Below, in pieces: positions 17,843 through 26,102 of a stretch of 64,000 nt of DNA. The translations under genes and the position numbers were made by a program. Source of the DNA: a virus. The notes under the pieces are model-generated. The model was not told the DNA's origin. It saw nothing but the letters and a program-made list of their open reading frames with translations, and ran no database searches. Each line of letters opens with the position of its first letter. Position 1 is the first letter of the stretch. Where the stretch lies: IMG/VR virus record IMGVR_UViG_3300009425_000015, positions 1 to 64,000 of that record; one strand, written 5' to 3'.

Positions 17843-17944
17843 TTAACTCCAAGAATCTTGTGTCACAATCATCTTCACAACATGCTTGTCGCATGCCATC
17901 GAAGCGGCGATGTTTGGATTTTCGTCTAATACAAAAATATTCAT
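17843..17944 (-). pseudogene. truncated pyrimidine-dimer DNA glycosylase-like gene (N-terminus only)
   Basis: MNIFVLDENPNIAASMACDKHVVKMIV, then an out-of-frame join to a cassette tail; GAGG RBS. Confidence 0.7.
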
Positions 17945-17947
17945 TTG

Positions 17948-18205
17948 TTACCTCAATCCTTCGAGTCGCTCACTTTCGTAAGCACCACTCAAGTCAATCG
18001 AGTGGGTAGGATCCTCTTGGTTGATGTCTGCCCACACTCGCAGGGTGTATTTACCCTCATAGAATTCGATATACGCTATCGCACCGAATTCTTCTGCGCA
18101 ACTCCCCATACCCGTGATATATATATCACATGAGGTGTCGACACTGCCATTGTTGATCGAGTTCCCAATTCTAGTACTAACACTCATTATACCCTCCATC
18201 CACAT
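17948..18205 (-). CDS. hypothetical protein
   Basis: GGAGG RBS before MSVSTRIG. Confidence 0.6.
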   Translation of the reverse strand: MWMEGIMSVSTRIGNSINNGSVDTSCDIYITGMGSCAEEFGAIAYIEFYEGKYTLRVWADINQEDPTHSIDLSGAYESERLEGLR

Positions 18206-18271
18206 TTATTGCAATAGGTTGTCCAACTGAATATCCATGTATATCCGCAATTTCCACAAGGACTACCGGAA

Positions 18272-18439
18272 TTATTGATAAAAACTGATGACTTCAAAAT
18301 ATTTTGCACGATTTGCTCCACTAAGTAACGTATAATGTTTTCCCCATAGACGGATCCAACCACCGTCCCCATGGTTAATCCAAGCGACAACACCGTATAT
18401 CTGTGTACGGCGGCTCCACACTAAATCACCGACTTTCAC
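18272..18439 (-). CDS. array cassette, 55 aa, with a broken 3' junction
   Basis: MKVGDLVWSR...GVV...FEVISFYQ. Confidence 0.75.
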   Translation of the reverse strand: MKVGDLVWSRRTQIYGVVAWINHGDGGWIRLWGKHYTLLSGANRAKYFEVISFYQ

Positions 18440-18581
18440 TGAGCGACTCATATTGGGGGTTCCCAACCCAGAAGTCCTGCCTAATCCCACAACTCCACAG
18501 TACTGTTCTGCGACCGAATCCATGGGTCAGGATCACGAGTCCAACATTATCGAGCTTTCTTACCAAGTCACCGACTTTCAC
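18426..18581 (-). CDS. array cassette, 51 aa (not in the track)
   Basis: MKVGDLVRKLDNVGLVILTHGFGRRTVLWSCGIRQDFWVGNPQYESLSESR. Confidence 0.78.
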   Translation of the reverse strand: MKVGDLVRKLDNVGLVILTHGFGRRTVLWSCGIRQDFWVGNPQYESLSESR

Positions 18582-18768
18582 TGATTACCTCCGAAGACTG
18601 TTCTATTTGTCTGCCCAACTGGATGATCCTGCCAGCAACAAGTAATTCCCAGTCATAGTTTAGCCAGTCGGCACGAGGGAGTTTCCTGATCAGCAGGGCG
18701 ATGCCCGTTGGCAATCCCCAGTGTCTACAACAGCCGGGTGGTAAGTTTATTATGTCACCGACTTTCAT
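18568..18768 (-). CDS. array cassette, 66 aa (paralogue of 19973..20173)
   Basis: MKVGDIINL...CRHWGLPTGIALL...SSEVISESR; promoter TTGACT-17-TATTGT at 18796-18824. Confidence 0.8.
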   Translation of the reverse strand: MKVGDIINLPPGCCRHWGLPTGIALLIRKLPRADWLNYDWELLVAGRIIQLGRQIEQSSEVISESR

Positions 18769-18820
18769 TTGACTTCTCCAAATCTTCATATTAACACAAT
18801 ATCAGTTGTTTTCTTAAAAG

Positions 18821-18973
18821 TCAAGCATTATTTTTACTAATTATCTCCAACTCTGCGGCGATGGCCCAATACCACTTACCGGATGGATAAAGCACGCGAT
18901 AGTTGTTGAACATAATCTCTACTAGTAACCCTACGCCGAAATCGTAAGTCTCAACTAAATCACCGACTTTCAT
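18821..18973 (-). CDS. array cassette, 50 aa (not in the track)
   Basis: MKVGDLVETYDFGVGLLVEIMFNNYRVLYPSGKWYWAIAAELEIISKNNA. Confidence 0.75.
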   Translation of the reverse strand: MKVGDLVETYDFGVGLLVEIMFNNYRVLYPSGKWYWAIAAELEIISKNNA

Positions 18974-18987
18974 TTTCTCTTGCCTTG

Positions 18988-19431
18988 TCAAGTAGTTTCT
19001 ATTACTTTTCGGAGTCTCGCCCTCATCCTATCCTCATCCCAGTCGAGAGTCTCGCTATGACACTCGGTGATGATCTCTTTGATGAGCCTGTCGTATAATC
19101 GCTTATCTTCGTCGTCGAGGATGTCCTCTTCTCTCCATGTAATAACCTTTTCCAGCCGCTCAATCTGCTCTTCAACTCTTTCTGGTGTATTGCCGCCACA
19201 AATATGACAAGCATCATCTTTACAAGAGGAGTCGCAGTAACAATCTGGGCATCCCATTCCGCCTTCTTGATAGGCAACACAGTCTTCTTTTAGATGCTTA
19301 TAAGGATATGGATTGTCCGCCAACTTTTGTAATGTTTCTTTGTGATCGTCAATAACTTGTTCTGCTGCTTTTCGGCATAGTGATCGCAGTTTGATGTTTT
19401 CTTTTTTTAGTTTTCGGTTTTCGTCAGTCAT
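18988..19431 (-). CDS. Cys-containing hypothetical protein
   Basis: 147 aa; GAGGA RBS; CxxC clusters. Confidence 0.65.
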   Translation of the reverse strand: MTDENRKLKKENIKLRSLCRKAAEQVIDDHKETLQKLADNPYPYKHLKEDCVAYQEGGMGCPDCYCDSSCKDDACHICGGNTPERVEEQIERLEKVITWREEDILDDEDKRLYDRLIKEIITECHSETLDWDEDRMRARLRKVIETT

Positions 19432-19493
19432 TTTATTTCTCCTCGCAACTGTCCATAAGTATCAAACTCTTGTTCGCAAGTTAACACAGTGTG

Positions 19494-19811
19494 TTAACTT
19501 TCGCAACCATTCTTGATTGCAGCGTTTGGCCCTGATCTCCTTGCTTTTGGGAATAGGGTGTTTTCTTTTTTTAGATCTCGTACCAAACTATCCTCAATTG
19601 GCTCTGGATGGATACCTTTTGTCTCTTTGTTTGGTAAGCGTTCTATTTCGCTGAATATTCCCTTTATTGCGACGTTTGCAAAGTGCTCACAACTGTCTTC
19701 CAATGTAGTATCCCTGTCATAGACAGTGCAAAAACCAGTCTCAGCTGTGCAGGTTGATCTAAGATAAACACAGTTTCTACAATGGCGCTTGACCAAATCA
19801 CCGATTTTCAT
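19494..19811 (-). CDS. chimeric cassette: MKIGDLVKR head fused to a Cys-rich domain
   Basis: CRNC...C...C...CEHF follows the repeat-encoded head. Confidence 0.65.
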   Translation of the reverse strand: MKIGDLVKRHCRNCVYLRSTCTAETGFCTVYDRDTTLEDSCEHFANVAIKGIFSEIERLPNKETKGIHPEPIEDSLVRDLKKENTLFPKARRSGPNAAIKNGCES

Positions 19812-19986
19812 TTACAACCTTCAAATCGTAATCCCATACGCGATTGCCAATGGTGCCGTCTTGCCACGAGACTTTGAAACTCTTGTTTAGGGCTGTAGGC
19901 ACGTTGAGATACATTTCGGTTAGAAGCACACCAATTTTCTTTGCTCGCCCAGGATAGTTATAGTAAACTAGATCACCGACTTTCAT
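19798..19986 (-). CDS. array cassette, 62 aa (paralogue of 17298..17501)
   Basis: ...FKVSWQDGTIGNRVWDYDLKVVNENR. Confidence 0.8.
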   Translation of the reverse strand: MKVGDLVYYNYPGRAKKIGVLLTEMYLNVPTALNKSFKVSWQDGTIGNRVWDYDLKVVNENR

Positions 19987-20173
19987 TGATTACCTCCGAA
20001 GATTGCTCTAGCTGTCTACCGAGTTCAATATATCTGCCATCAACGAAGACTCTCCAGTCATACTCCAACCCGTCATTGCGTGGTAGCTTCTCAACCAAGA
20101 GCGCGATGCCCGTTGGCAGTTCCCAATGGCGACAGGCACCTCTTTGCAACCTTATTAAGTCACCGACTTTCAT
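19973..20173 (-). CDS. array cassette, 66 aa
   Basis: MKVGDLIRL...CRHWELPTGIALL...SSEVINESR; promoter TTGACA-16-TATACT at 20214-20241. Confidence 0.8.
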   Translation of the reverse strand: MKVGDLIRLQRGACRHWELPTGIALLVEKLPRNDGLEYDWRVFVDGRYIELGRQLEQSSEVINESR

Positions 20174-20861
20174 TTGGATAATCCTTTTTTAAGAATTTCT
20201 GACTTACCTATTTAGTATATCATATATTTTCCAATTGTCAAGCGATTTCGATTCTAGAAAACTTAATTTTTTTACCATGCTCCGCGATAAGATTCTTCCT
20301 TTTCTTCTCACAGATTTGCTTGGTGGCATATATATGCTGTCTTTTGCCATCACCTACTCTATAAGCCAAGTGGTATATCATTCAATATCTCCCGATACTT
20401 GATTAAAGCTAGTTCTTTTTTATACTTTATCTACGAAAGTGTCGCGGGGGCGAAACAACTGCTTCACTCTTGCTAAAGCTTTTTGTGGTAGCGTCAATGC
20501 CCTGTAAACATCGTAACATGTAGTGGACATCAACATATCCGCTGGACTGACTGTCCTCTTAATATCCTCTCGTGGCTCCAAGTGTACATCTGTATTCTTC
20601 ATGAATTCTTTTTCCTCCTTTTTTGTTTTTATTTGTAAGAAGAATATATTATATACCCAATTCAGCCAAGATTAAAGCGAATAAACAATATTGTAGCAGG
20701 AATTCAGTAGGTTGCCTAGCTAAGAATTAGGGACACACCCAATATGAAAACGCCCAATACCAGCAATTTCAAAAGGACTAACCAAGTTAACATATTTCTT
20801 TTTTCAACTTTCCTATAATATAGGATTTAATCGTGTAAGTCAAGCCAAAAGACAATAATAA

Positions 20862-21068
20862 TTAAATTCTCTTTCTCTTACTGATTATCTTCCACCTTTG
20901 GGTACCCCACCACCGAGAATCACCAGAGTTATCCAACACTAGTATATCTTTTAGCGTGGAATTGACGTCTAGAATTATCCCATGTTGCAAGACTTCCGGC
21001 TCAGGGAGAGAAGTGTTGAAGATATAACTAACTACTAGATCACCTATTTCATATTCGTCTTCGTTCAT
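20862..21068 (-). CDS. SH3/KOW-like small protein
   Basis: YEIGDLVV...GIIL...WKIIS. Confidence 0.6.
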   Translation of the reverse strand: MNEDEYEIGDLVVSYIFNTSLPEPEVLQHGIILDVNSTLKDILVLDNSGDSRWWGTQRWKIISKRKRI

Positions 21069-21072
21069 ACAC

Positions 21073-21651
21073 TTAAATAGTACCTAGTATGTGTATGGAC
21101 GACGCTAAAAGCACAATTACGTGCCATATCGTGTGATAATACCTCTTCTCATCATTAATATAGAAGTATATCCCCACCAAGTAAACAAGACAACCAATCA
21201 AGAAAAAAGCTATCTCTCCAACGCTGCCAGAAACACAAGCTACAACGCACAGGTTGGCGATGCCGATTGTAATAGGAACAAAAAGAGAATTTCTCTCAAA
21301 GGAAGGCTTGCCATAATATATAGCGATGTATTGACAACCCGAAGCTGCCAATACAATAGGGAGCGCAGAAAACAAAAACGAAGAACCAAGTATCAAACAA
21401 TATGCGACGGACGTGCCGCCGATGGCTAACTGTATTGAAATCATATCCAACATTCTGAGAATGTCTTTCTTTTTTGCTTCTCTCTCGTAGTGGTAAAGTG
21501 TCGAAAGAGCATACACAATGCACATGCTGATACACACTATCTTTGTCTCTATTCTTGGTAGCGACAAGGCTAGCGGCAAAGATACTGCGATACCGAGCGC
21601 ATGCGTTCCAGAGTTCCACAACTCTTCTAATCGTGCTCTGTCTTTCGCCAC
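21073..21651 (-). CDS. hemolysin III / PAQR family membrane protein
   Basis: EELWNSGTH, STLYH, LDMISI, HTIWH motifs; several TM segments. Confidence 0.85.
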   Translation of the reverse strand: MAKDRARLEELWNSGTHALGIAVSLPLALSLPRIETKIVCISMCIVYALSTLYHYEREAKKKDILRMLDMISIQLAIGGTSVAYCLILGSSFLFSALPIVLAASGCQYIAIYYGKPSFERNSLFVPITIGIANLCVVACVSGSVGEIAFFLIGCLVYLVGIYFYINDEKRYYHTIWHVIVLLASSIHILGTI

Positions 21652-21654
21652 TAA

Positions 21655-22920
21655 TTATTTTACCTTCTTGGCAGAAACTAGCTCGTCTTGCCACTCAAGC
21701 ATAGTCTCTATCATTTGCTTCTTGTTCATGGAGCTTATCTCTTTGTGAGACAACTTCCCATTGCTTGTTATCGTCTGCTGACTACTGGTAATTATCTCCC
21801 TCTTGTATCCTTCTTTTTTAATTTTTTCTGCAATCCTCATCCTCTCTATAGCAAGATTTGCATATTTGTGTGAGATGTCAATGCCAATCCAATTTCTTTC
21901 ATTAATATGCGCCATCTTCGTGGTTGTGCCAGAACCAACAAATGGATCTAAAACAACATCTCCGGGGGAAGTCCATGTTAATACATGATCCTCTACCAGC
22001 CTTTCAGGGTAAATCGCTGGATGATCGAAAGCTATGGCATCCTTTGTTGAAAAGTTTTTTCCTGTATTGTATTTCCATATATTATTTCTCGGTGAAAATT
22101 CTGGTACAGGCTTCTGTACACGACTCTTTAGCTTTCCATCCTTACCTCTCATCGAAGATATTCCAAGCCCCAACTTGGAATAGTTAACTCTCGTAAAATC
22201 AAACCCAGAGTCATCAATTGTGACACCCTCTTGAGTCTCTTTGTATCCCATTGACTTCAGTGCTTTCCTGATGAGTTCAAACAATTCTTGCTTTTCCGTC
22301 TCGGTGTGACTTCCCCCAATGGAATCAAAGTTAAATTTATCATTAAAGCTACCCCACCCAGTCCACTTATTGGGCTTGTCGCACACAAGATTGTGAGTTT
22401 TGGGCTTTCCCTTAGAAAACACAAACATGTATTCAAAAATCTGAGAGTATCGGTTGCCATCGCGACGGGCAGGAAAGGATGTGCCGTTCTTTTCATATAT
22501 CATCGTGTCATGAATGTTAAACCCTATTTCCTTGAAGTACAGCGCTTGGCGGAATGAGCTTCCAGATTCGCTACCCTTGTCGACGGCATCTCCAACAACC
22601 CATACAACCACCCCACCTGGCTTAGTTACCCTATGAAGCTCGTCTGCAATGCTCTCAAACGGGAATGAGTAACCGTTGTTTTCTGTGAGTTTTTCTGCAA
22701 TCTTCTTTTTCTTGAATGCTGACAATTGTCTCTTGTATTCATTCTCATCTGAGAAGTCGACAGCAGATAGATTGAAGGTTTCAGTAAACTCGTCGGAATA
22801 AAATCTAATGTCATCGTACGGTGGCGAAGTCACCGTTAAATCAACACTGCTATCGGGTAAATTTTTAAGCTTCTCTACAGAGTCGCCACACAATATTCTG
22901 TTAAGCGGCAATTGTGACAT
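21655..22920 (-). CDS. N4/N6 DNA methyltransferase (beta class)
   Basis: TSPPY catalytic motif precedes HPA and DPFVGSGTT. Confidence 0.92.
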   Translation of the reverse strand: MSQLPLNRILCGDSVEKLKNLPDSSVDLTVTSPPYDDIRFYSDEFTETFNLSAVDFSDENEYKRQLSAFKKKKIAEKLTENNGYSFPFESIADELHRVTKPGGVVVWVVGDAVDKGSESGSSFRQALYFKEIGFNIHDTMIYEKNGTSFPARRDGNRYSQIFEYMFVFSKGKPKTHNLVCDKPNKWTGWGSFNDKFNFDSIGGSHTETEKQELFELIRKALKSMGYKETQEGVTIDDSGFDFTRVNYSKLGLGISSMRGKDGKLKSRVQKPVPEFSPRNNIWKYNTGKNFSTKDAIAFDHPAIYPERLVEDHVLTWTSPGDVVLDPFVGSGTTTKMAHINERNWIGIDISHKYANLAIERMRIAEKIKKEGYKREIITSSQQTITSNGKLSHKEISSMNKKQMIETMLEWQDELVSAKKVK

Positions 22921-23659
22921 TGGATATCCCTTTCCCTGCCGGAGCAGCACTAGCTAGTGTGTTGTTACTATCTCGGTATGAGCACAGTGATTCCTTGAGA
23001 ATTTTACACCATTTCCTCTGGGGCGCAACAGAACCTAGAGCAATGTACTCCGAATAACGTGATGCTACCGAATTGTGAATTTTAGCCTTAGTGAAACTGC
23101 TTTTATCAGTGGCTTTGCCTGCCCAACCCATGTCAAACCCGTCAACTACTGAAAAGTGCGCGGACTTAAACATGCCAGCTATCGCAGATGTCGAGAATGG
23201 TGGCAACTGAATGTCTTTATCTAACTCGTAGTTGATAAGGACATAGTTGTCAATCTTTCCGCTGCCCTCCGAATGAGATGAGCCAGTCCAGCCATTATCG
23301 CTCTGACTAGTCTTTACTTCAAAGTATACTACAGACTCTTTATCTAAAACTTTCACGCCAAAGTCGTTTTTTTGTTTCTTTGCGTTGTGAAGTTTAGATA
23401 CTGTAACGAAGCCACTATCGGATAAGACTTTCTTAATAGCATACTCAAACTCATATGCAGCCCTAACAGTCAAGAAAACAGTCTGCTGCCCCTTGTCTTC
23501 CTCGACATGCTGCACGTAGTCGTTAAGCGTTCGGATCGAAGGCTCAAGTCTACGAAGAGATTTAAAATTATCTCCGACAACATTCTCCACCAAGGCGAGC
23601 ACGCTAATAGCAAATTTCTTCGTCCTCATGAAAGATACTAAATCATCGTATGTCTTCAT
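22901..23659 (-). CDS. putative PD-(D/E)XK restriction endonuclease
   Basis: ND...FEVKTS motif; overlaps the MTase start. Confidence 0.55.
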   Translation of the reverse strand: MKTYDDLVSFMRTKKFAISVLALVENVVGDNFKSLRRLEPSIRTLNDYVQHVEEDKGQQTVFLTVRAAYEFEYAIKKVLSDSGFVTVSKLHNAKKQKNDFGVKVLDKESVVYFEVKTSQSDNGWTGSSHSEGSGKIDNYVLINYELDKDIQLPPFSTSAIAGMFKSAHFSVVDGFDMGWAGKATDKSSFTKAKIHNSVASRYSEYIALGSVAPQRKWCKILKESLCSYRDSNNTLASAAPAGKGISNVTIAA

Positions 23660-23889
23660 CTCTAACACTCCCTTTTTTAATTAATTTTGTTATGACGTAA
23701 GTCAATACTAGTCTATCATTTTCGCAAGACAAGTCAATCTCTCTGAATTCCTTAAGCAGTTGTTCGATATCTCTGAACAGTAACTCTTCTTCACAATGAG
23801 AAGTAATTGGCACTGGCGTCACATGTGGTGATGGCCAGGAAACTTCCCTATCGGATCCGTATTGTCCTTTACATTTTTGTATAGGCATC

Positions 23890-24096
23890 TTATTCTTCTC
23901 CAGTGTGAGAGCTAATTTCATTGGCTATCATTGTCAGCGCGTCGGCGATGTCAAATGCATCGTCAGGGCTGACATTTATACTAAAATTTGCCCCGATAGC
24001 GATGCTCATCATACCGTGGTGCTCTAAAATTTCAACCCTTACCACATCACCTTCCTCTGCTGTCACATAGAACGATCTAGAATTGACTTCAAACAA
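23890..24096 (-). CDS. hypothetical protein
   Basis: AGGAG RBS. Confidence 0.55.
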   Translation of the reverse strand: MFEVNSRSFYVTAEEGDVVRVEILEHHGMMSIAIGANFSINVSPDDAFDIADALTMIANEISSHTGEE

Positions 24097-24118
24097 TTAT
24101 TTTCTCCTACTTTCTTTC

Positions 24119-24682
24119 TCACAAGTGATTGTGTAAACTACTTTCAGACATTCCCTTAAGGGGTATGTATACGTATTCTATTTCTATATATATTATACCT
24201 TCGTCTGAGAAGAGAGAAGCCTCAATCTCAAAATGTGGTATCTTCCAAGTTGTATTGATTTCAGCTACACCTACCCCTATTGCGTAACACTCTGAAGCGA
24301 ATACAAGTTCCTCCATGATTGACTCTCGTATAATCTCTCGGAAGCGGGGGGGTCCATACTTCTTTGACATAGCTGACACTATATCTTTATATCTTACTTT
24401 GCAATTGAACTCATTAATACCTACTGGGCCGATGACTAACCATGCTTTGCTTATCTTTGATTTAAAAAATTTAATTATTAATTCAGTTTCATATATCTGC
24501 TCGATCTGCCCTCGGAATCGCATTTCTCCGTATTCCAAGTCTCCCATGATGTATCGATAATTTTTATATTTTTGAAAATTATAATTCAGCTCTTTTGCCC
24601 AAGGAAGATCCAAAGGAGTAGCTACCACGTTTATCTGTGGGGCTAACATTGATAACAAACATAGGAGCGGAATATATATCAA
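24119..24682 (-). CDS. hypothetical exported protein
   Basis: Hydrophobic N-terminus; KKYGPP motif. Confidence 0.6.
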   Translation of the reverse strand: MIYIPLLCLLSMLAPQINVVATPLDLPWAKELNYNFQKYKNYRYIMGDLEYGEMRFRGQIEQIYETELIIKFFKSKISKAWLVIGPVGINEFNCKVRYKDIVSAMSKKYGPPRFREIIRESIMEELVFASECYAIGVGVAEINTTWKIPHFEIEASLFSDEGIIYIEIEYVYIPLKGMSESSLHNHL

Positions 24683-24740
24683 ACCCTTTCACCAACTGTT
24701 TATATATAGTAACATATAAAAATCAGACTTGCAAGTTAAT

Positions 24741-24974
24741 TTAAATTTTTTGTCTGGTTTCATAACTCTTCCTATAAGTGTTCATCGCCATCACTAACCT
24801 AGCTTGCAAGTCCGCTATCTCTGGGCGGTGGGGGATATTATTAGGAGACGTCAAATCGATAAAGGATTCTAGCACAGTTTCAATGCCGTACCTCCCAATA
24901 ATCTTAGACATTTCCTGAGAAACCATATCTTTCTGGCTCTCAGGCTTCTGTTCTTCTTCATTTTCGTTACTCAT
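24741..24974 (-). CDS. hypothetical protein
   Basis: AAGGAGG RBS; ACTATTTA upstream. Confidence 0.65.
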   Translation of the reverse strand: MSNENEEEQKPESQKDMVSQEMSKIIGRYGIETVLESFIDLTSPNNIPHRPEIADLQARLVMAMNTYRKSYETRQKI

Positions 24975-25264
24975 GTGTTTCCTCCTTCCAGCACTGATAT
25001 ATATATAAATAGTTTACTTTTTCCCTATTGTATCTCTTAAAATCCCAACCTCTTTCTGTAGGTTTCTCATTTCAAGTGTCATCATGCGCATTTCCATTAC
25101 CACTTTCGACTCCTTTTCCGATTGATATTTTGCAACATCCACCGTTATAGAATTCGACTCCGCAGTTTGACTCATTATCATGAAAGTCACACATGCGAGG
25201 CACCCCAATAACAAGAAAGCCAGGATGTTTATCCCCTTTGATAATTTAACTGCAACTTCTCTCT

Positions 25265-25489
25265 TCACAGCCCATAATCCAAATCTGATAGCCAACAAAA
25301 GGCATGTTGGTTTCCGGCTTCCAAGCAATCTTCTGTGCACCTCAAGCCGTGTAATTCTGATTCAGGATTGTGACATAGCCACAGGCTTGGCGTTGCATCG
25401 TTTGTCGAAGAGTCTGTCGTCTCTGAATACAGTACATTCTGCTCTTCACAAGAAACTAACATAAACGCAAACAACCACAAGTATCTCAT
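25265..25489 (-). CDS. small Cys-rich putative lipoprotein
   Basis: MRYLWLFAFMLVSC lipobox. Confidence 0.6.
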   Translation of the reverse strand: MRYLWLFAFMLVSCEEQNVLYSETTDSSTNDATPSLWLCHNPESELHGLRCTEDCLEAGNQHAFCWLSDLDYGL

Positions 25490-26088
25490 ATATTCTCCTT
25501 ATGCTGAACCACAAAAATAGTCCTATTCGGCATGCCGTTCTTGTCCAGCACTTTAAAAGAATCTATTACTCTGTTTCTCTCGTTCAACAAATTTTCTAAT
25601 TCTTCTTTTTCGATACTCAGACAGTCTGCTGAGTTTAATGCAAAATACGCGTCTGTGCACCCATACGACCACTCAATAAAGCATGCGCCGCCTTTTTTTA
25701 AAGTACGCATCCACTGATTCAGGCAATATCTAAAATCATAACTGTGATCTATCGAATTAGAATAAATAAAATCAAACTTTCCTACCCACCCTTCTTTAAT
25801 ATCATGAAAGTCCCACTGAAGTACGTTTGCAAACCTACTTGCAGTTTCAGAAATTTCCGTACCTATTATGTCAGCTTCAAGTAAATTTCGAAACCTCTCA
25901 ACTTCAAATCCGTTTCTGACGCCATGGCACACTCCACTTTCAACTTCCATATCGGAATTCTTAATCCATTCAACTATCGAATCTATCTCCCTTTCGGATA
26001 TCCAAACTCTTTCTAGTTTTCTTTTATTCGTATTTGTCTGTGCGTCAACATATTCATCATAATTTTCCCATGGACGATTATATTTCAT
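25486..26088 (-). CDS. class I SAM-dependent methyltransferase-like protein
   Basis: CHGVRNGFE, GTEIS, FDFIYSNSIDH, LKKGG. Confidence 0.75.
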   Translation of the reverse strand: MKYNRPWENYDEYVDAQTNTNKRKLERVWISEREIDSIVEWIKNSDMEVESGVCHGVRNGFEVERFRNLLEADIIGTEISETASRFANVLQWDFHDIKEGWVGKFDFIYSNSIDHSYDFRYCLNQWMRTLKKGGACFIEWSYGCTDAYFALNSADCLSIEKEELENLLNERNRVIDSFKVLDKNGMPNRTIFVVQHKENI

Positions 26089-26102
26089 TGCTATTCCTTC
26101 CT

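Larger units (their letters stand above)
14734..20173 (-). repeat. 20 copies of the dual-coding junction repeat (core RTGAAAGTCGGTGA) delimiting mini-gene cassettes
   Basis: 14-bp cores start at + coordinates 14734, 14898, 15061, 15242, 15402, 15586, 15764, 15918, 16896, 17298, 17488, 17651, 17826, 18426, 18568, 18755, 18960, 19798, 19973, 20160; those at 14898 and 19798 are variants. Confidence 0.95.

Noticed and set aside
14734-20173. CRISPR array interpretation of the junction repeats
   Set aside because: The intervals are far longer than CRISPR spacers and are open reading frames continuous with the repeat; no cas genes are in the window.
14541-20173. Diversity-generating retroelement or classical integron
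   Set aside because: No reverse transcriptase, no TR/VR pair differing at adenines, no IntI and no attC-like long hairpins were seen in this window.
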